40,860 nucleotides of DNA. Source: Flavobacteriales bacterium (lineage in GTDB: Bacteria > Bacteroidota > Bacteroidia > Flavobacteriales > Flavobacteriaceae). Location of the stretch: NCBI GenBank assembly GCA_015494775.1, contig WGAP01000046.1, positions 1-40,860 on the forward strand, written 5' to 3'. Below the pieces are notes generated by a model, which was not told where the DNA came from, did not search any database, and saw only the letters and a list, made by a program, of their open reading frames with translations. Positions 40,145 to 40,860 of the stretch are shown here, in pieces; the stretch's first letter is position 1; the number at the start of each line of letters is the position of its first letter. The position numbers and the translations under genes are program-made.

Positions 40145-40860
40145 GACGTGCGTTTTGGCAAGCCCAAACCGGCCAACCAAAGCCCCAAAAAGGTCAGGGC
40201 CGCGTTGACTAGCAGGAGTTCGAAACTAAATTGATACTTCCAGCCCAACTGCGCGGGCATCCGCGAAATAAGGTAAGTAAGCACGGGCGCCACAATCACG
40301 ATCAAAGGAATCCAAGCTTCGCGCACGGGCCGTCGGGTAAGCAATCCGTAACTGAACAAGCCCAACAGAGGACCGTAGGTGTAACCGGCAAAGGTAAAAA
40401 TCGAGTTGATAATGCTCCGGTCGGTAATCACCTTGCTATACAAAATCAGTATGCCGATAAAAACCAACGAAACGCCGATATGCACGGCCTTGCGGATATA
40501 TTTACGGCGCTCGGCCGGATAGCGTTTGTTCAAATCCAGTATGTCGATACTGAACGAGGTGGTGATGGCCGTCATGGACGAATCGGCCGAGGAATAGGCC
40601 GCGCTGATAAGTCCCAGCACAAACAGCAATGCCGCCCAAAAGCCCAAATCGGTTTGCACGGCGATGTAGGGAAAAATCTTGTCGCCCTTGATGCCCAGGG
40701 CATCCAAATCCCACCCGCGATAGGCCGCGTAGGCCAACAAAATAACGCCCAAGGACAAAAACAACACATTGACCAAAAACAAGGCAATGGAAAACCAACG
40801 CATATTTTTCTGCGAATCCTTTAAGGTGCGCACGGTGAGGTTTTTTTGCATCATACCCTG
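40141..40860 (-). CDS. Sodium:solute symporter (SSS) family protein, C-terminal part (5' end outside window)
   Basis: The frame is open to the window end. The protein is polytopic, and 'GLISAAYSSADSSMTAITTSFSIDIL' is typical of SSS transporters. Confidence 0.65.
   Translation of the reverse strand, partial: QGMMQKNLTVRTLKDSQKNMRWFSIALFLVNVLFLSLGVILLAYAAYRGWDLDALGIKGDKIFPYIAVQTDLGFWAALLFVLGLISAAYSSADSSMTAITTSFSIDILDLNKRYPAERRKYIRKAVHIGVSLVFIGILILYSKVITDRSIINSIFTFAGYTYGPLLGLFSYGLLTRRPVREAWIPLIVIVAPVLTYLISRMPAQLGWKYQFSFELLLVNAALTFLGLWLAGLGLPKRTS

Overview
The window looks like a Bacteroidota chromosomal segment: it has a SusC/SusD pair, two T9SS C-terminal sorting domains and TAnnTTTG-type -7 promoter boxes. 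Positions 661-23871 form a complete alpha-glucan (starch/maltodextrin) utilisation locus. Its minus-strand arm carries susC, susD, a SusE/F-like lipoprotein, an orphan secreted protein, a T9SS-secreted GH13 enzyme and a small T9SS-secreted protein. Its plus-strand arm carries a LacI-family regulator, an MFS sugar symporter, beta-phosphoglucomutase, GH65 maltose phosphorylase, three GH13 enzymes and a BadF-type sugar kinase. Downstream lie a suf Fe-S operon (sufB-sufC-sufD-sufE-DUF59, with no sufS), a 1001-aa TPR protein coupled to a beta-barrel protein, and a stand-alone Aer-like PAS protein. After those come a GNAT-like/aminotransferase/secreted-protein operon, a GT2 glycosyltransferase and a partial sodium:solute symporter. 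A partial DMT transporter sits at the left edge. I saw no tRNA, rRNA, CRISPR array, transposase, integrase or recognisable defence genes, and I cannot point to a clear new protein-coding system. The most unexplained signals are these: (1) A family of visibly GC-rich, hairpin-rich mosaic repeats of about 200-560 bp occupies four intergenic regions. Two inverted copies bracket the lacI-family gene. A 1-kb non-coding block upstream of sufB holds two more copies, one of which carries a nested element with perfect 21-bp terminal inverted repeats. (2) The SusD homolog carries an inserted SusE/F-type carbohydrate-binding module. (3) A CACAGAG-rich nested tandem/inverted repeat fills one convergent intergenic region. 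All functional calls come from reading motifs by eye; no database search was run.
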